From contig CM075996.1 of the NCBI GenBank assembly GCA_038087875.1, positions 8,372,001 to 8,436,000 on the forward strand: a DNA stretch of 64,000 nt. Reading direction: 5' to 3'. A program made the translations under genes and the position numbers. Every line of letters starts with the position of its first letter. Within the stretch, counting starts at the first letter, position 1. The DNA comes from Malacoraja senta. Lineage: Eukaryota. This document shows positions 61,711 to 64,000 of this stretch, piece after piece. A model generated the notes under the pieces. The model was not told the origin of the DNA. It did not search any database and saw only the letters and a list, made by a program, of their open reading frames with translations.

Positions 61711-63536
61711 ATAATATAAGTCCCATGTGTTTTTTAATCTCTGACAGGAGAAGTAAATCCTACATATTTCCTCTCATTATTTCATTAATCACAATTAAAT
61801 CTTCCCACAGCTTCCTCTGTTCCAAAGAAAACAAGCCCCAGCTTATTCACTCTTCCTTCTCAGCTACACGTTTGGTGCCGTGCTCTGAACTCTCTCCAAA
61901 GCAAACACATCTTTCCTAATATTTAGTTTAGAGATACACATGGAAACAAGCCCTTCAAACCGACCTGCGACCACCATTCACACTAGTTCTATCTTACACA
62001 TGAGGGGCAATTTACCAAAGCCAATTAACCTACAAACCCACACGCTTTGGAGTGTGGAAGGAAACCGGAGCACCAGAGAAAACCCACGCAGTCACAGGGA
62101 GATCGTACAAACTCTGTACAGACAGGATCGAACCCGGGTCTCTGGTGCTGCAACTCTACTGCTGCGCCACTGTGCCGGCCAACTTGAATTTAGCTTGAAC
62201 ACTCAAGCTGTCTCCTCAAATAGTGGTATTTACAGTTCAAATTCAACCTTACAGCTTTGATACCGTATGCATCAGTTAATAAAGAACCATATCCTAAATG
62301 ACTAGTCCAGGGTCTCGACCGGAAGAAAGGTCTCGACCCGAAACATCGCCTATTTCCTTCGCTCCATAGATGCTGCCTCGCCCGCTGAGTTTCTCAAGCA
62401 TTTTTGTCTACCTTCGATTTTCCAGCATCTGCAGTTCCTTCTTAAACATGTCCAGCTACCTTGAAGAGTTTGTGGACCTACACTCCAAGGTCCTTCCATT
62501 CCTCCTCGTCTCCCAGTATGTCCCCTTTTATTCTCTTGTCGCTCCCCCAATAAAAGCAATACTTCACTTTTCTGCAGATTGAATTTTTCTGCCAAACTGA
62601 CCTCCTGCAGTTATTGAAAGTTTCCCCCTCACTCAATGGCATGGCCAATTTTTATAGCGACACGGGCCGCTGCAGTTACTAGAATCTTGAGCAAAGAAGT
62701 AAGCGTTGGAGGACTCATTGAATCCGGCAGTATCTGTGGAGGGAAAATGTACAGATGATGTCGGAAGATGGTGGCGCAGTGGTAGAGTTGCTACCTTACA
62801 GAGCCAGACACCCCAGTTCAACCCTGAATATGGGTGCTGTCTGTGCGGAGTTTATTTGTTCTCCCAGTGACCGCGAGGCTTTTCTCTGGATGCTCTGTTT
62901 TCCTCCCACAATCCAAAGATGTGCAGGTTTGTAGGTTGAAGAGAGAAGGAATGGGTATCTCTCCAGAGATGCTGGCTGTTCCGCTGAGTTACTCCAGCAT
63001 TTTGTGTCTATCTTCGATTTGAACCCTACCACCCCAGCAACGAACTGTTCCAGCTGCTACGGTCAGGCAAGCGCCTCCGCTGTCACGCTGTGAAAACAGG
63101 GAGGATGAGACGGAGTTTCTTCCCACAGGCCGTCAGGACTGTAAACTCTTATCTCACCAGGGACTAATTTACTGTTGTGTTGTGTCTTTAAAAAAAATAA
63201 TTCTAAAGTGTAAATACTGGTTCTGTTCTATTCTGTTCTGTTGTTTTTGCACAATCCGCAGGCATTGCCACTTGCATTTCACTGCACATCTTGTATGTGT
63301 ATGTGACAAATAAAGTTGACTTGACTTGACTTGAACCAGTTCCTTCCTACACTGGTTTGTAGGTGAATTGGCTTCAGTAAAATGGTAAATTGTCCCTCGT
63401 GTTTAGGAGAGTGTTAGTGTACGGGTGAGCGCTGGCCGGTGCCGACTCGATTCACTGCTTGTATGTGAAGCGTTTGAGTATGACCTGGATTCAAACCAAC
63501 TCTGTCAAAGCAGTCTAATTGTGATCTTCATCTCAG

Positions 63537-63659
63537 GTCGTTGACGAAGAGGATATTGAGGAGGAGGAGGAGGAGCAAGATCATATTCTACGCCCACTAC
63601 CCTTGGCAAACAAACCCATGAAAGTCACCACACTGACAAACCACTTCGCTCAAAAACGG
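63537..63659 (+). CDS. POLDIP3: POLDIP3 exon 4
   Basis: cttcatctcag|VVDEEDIEEEEEEQDHILRPLPLANKPMKVTTLTNHFAQKR|gtgaga; 123 nt, in phase; acidic stretch plus KxMK as in human exon 4. Confidence 0.8.
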
Positions 63660-64000
63660 GTGAGAGTTAGTATTTTATTCTTCAAAGTTGTTTAACGTTT
63701 CCATGAGGTTTATTACAGCAGAATAATGTGACACATTGGGCCAGAGTTTCATGTTTTTTAAGGACATGCAGTCTACTAGAGTGTTCAAAACTATGAAGGG
63801 TTTTGAAAGAATTGAAAACAGGCGCAGTGAACTAAATGGTCACCGTCAGTGGGAAGAAGGGTCCTGACCCGAAATGCCGTCTGCTGCCACTTTCAAGGTG
63901 GAATATCATAAGGTCATAAGGGATAGGAGTTAAATTAGGCCATTCAGCCCATCAGGTCTACTCCGCCATTCAATCATGGCTGACGTATCTCTCCCTCCTA

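Overview
Repeat-dense vertebrate DNA. The HE1-type tRNA SINEs, CR1 LINEs and Penelope remnants point to a cartilaginous fish, probably a skate or ray (inference from repeat families). Two host genes are recognisable, both on +. (1) RASD2/Rhes: the first coding exon starts at 25899 and runs into a 200-N assembly gap (26005-26204); a CpG-rich candidate promoter/first exon lies at about 4.2-5.3 kb. (2) POLDIP3/SKAR exons 1-4 (46698-63659), whose exon 2 carries three 1-nt indels. Most other sequence is transposon-derived: HE1 SINEs; CR1, L2, Rex1, RTE, RTEX, HERO and Penelope retroelements; Tc1, Tigger, hAT and Harbinger DNA elements. The most notable signal is a set of self-cleaving-ribozyme folds in retroelement ends: two HDV-like folds with compensatory changes at RTE-type 5' ends (1612-1742, 2141-2287), many minimal hammerhead cores in small, often palindromic Penelope-derived inserts with 12-15 bp target-site duplications, and a non-circularly permuted (pseudoknotted) hammerhead at the 3' end of a HERO-like element (42924-42998). 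All folds and family calls were made by eye; none was computed, searched or tested.
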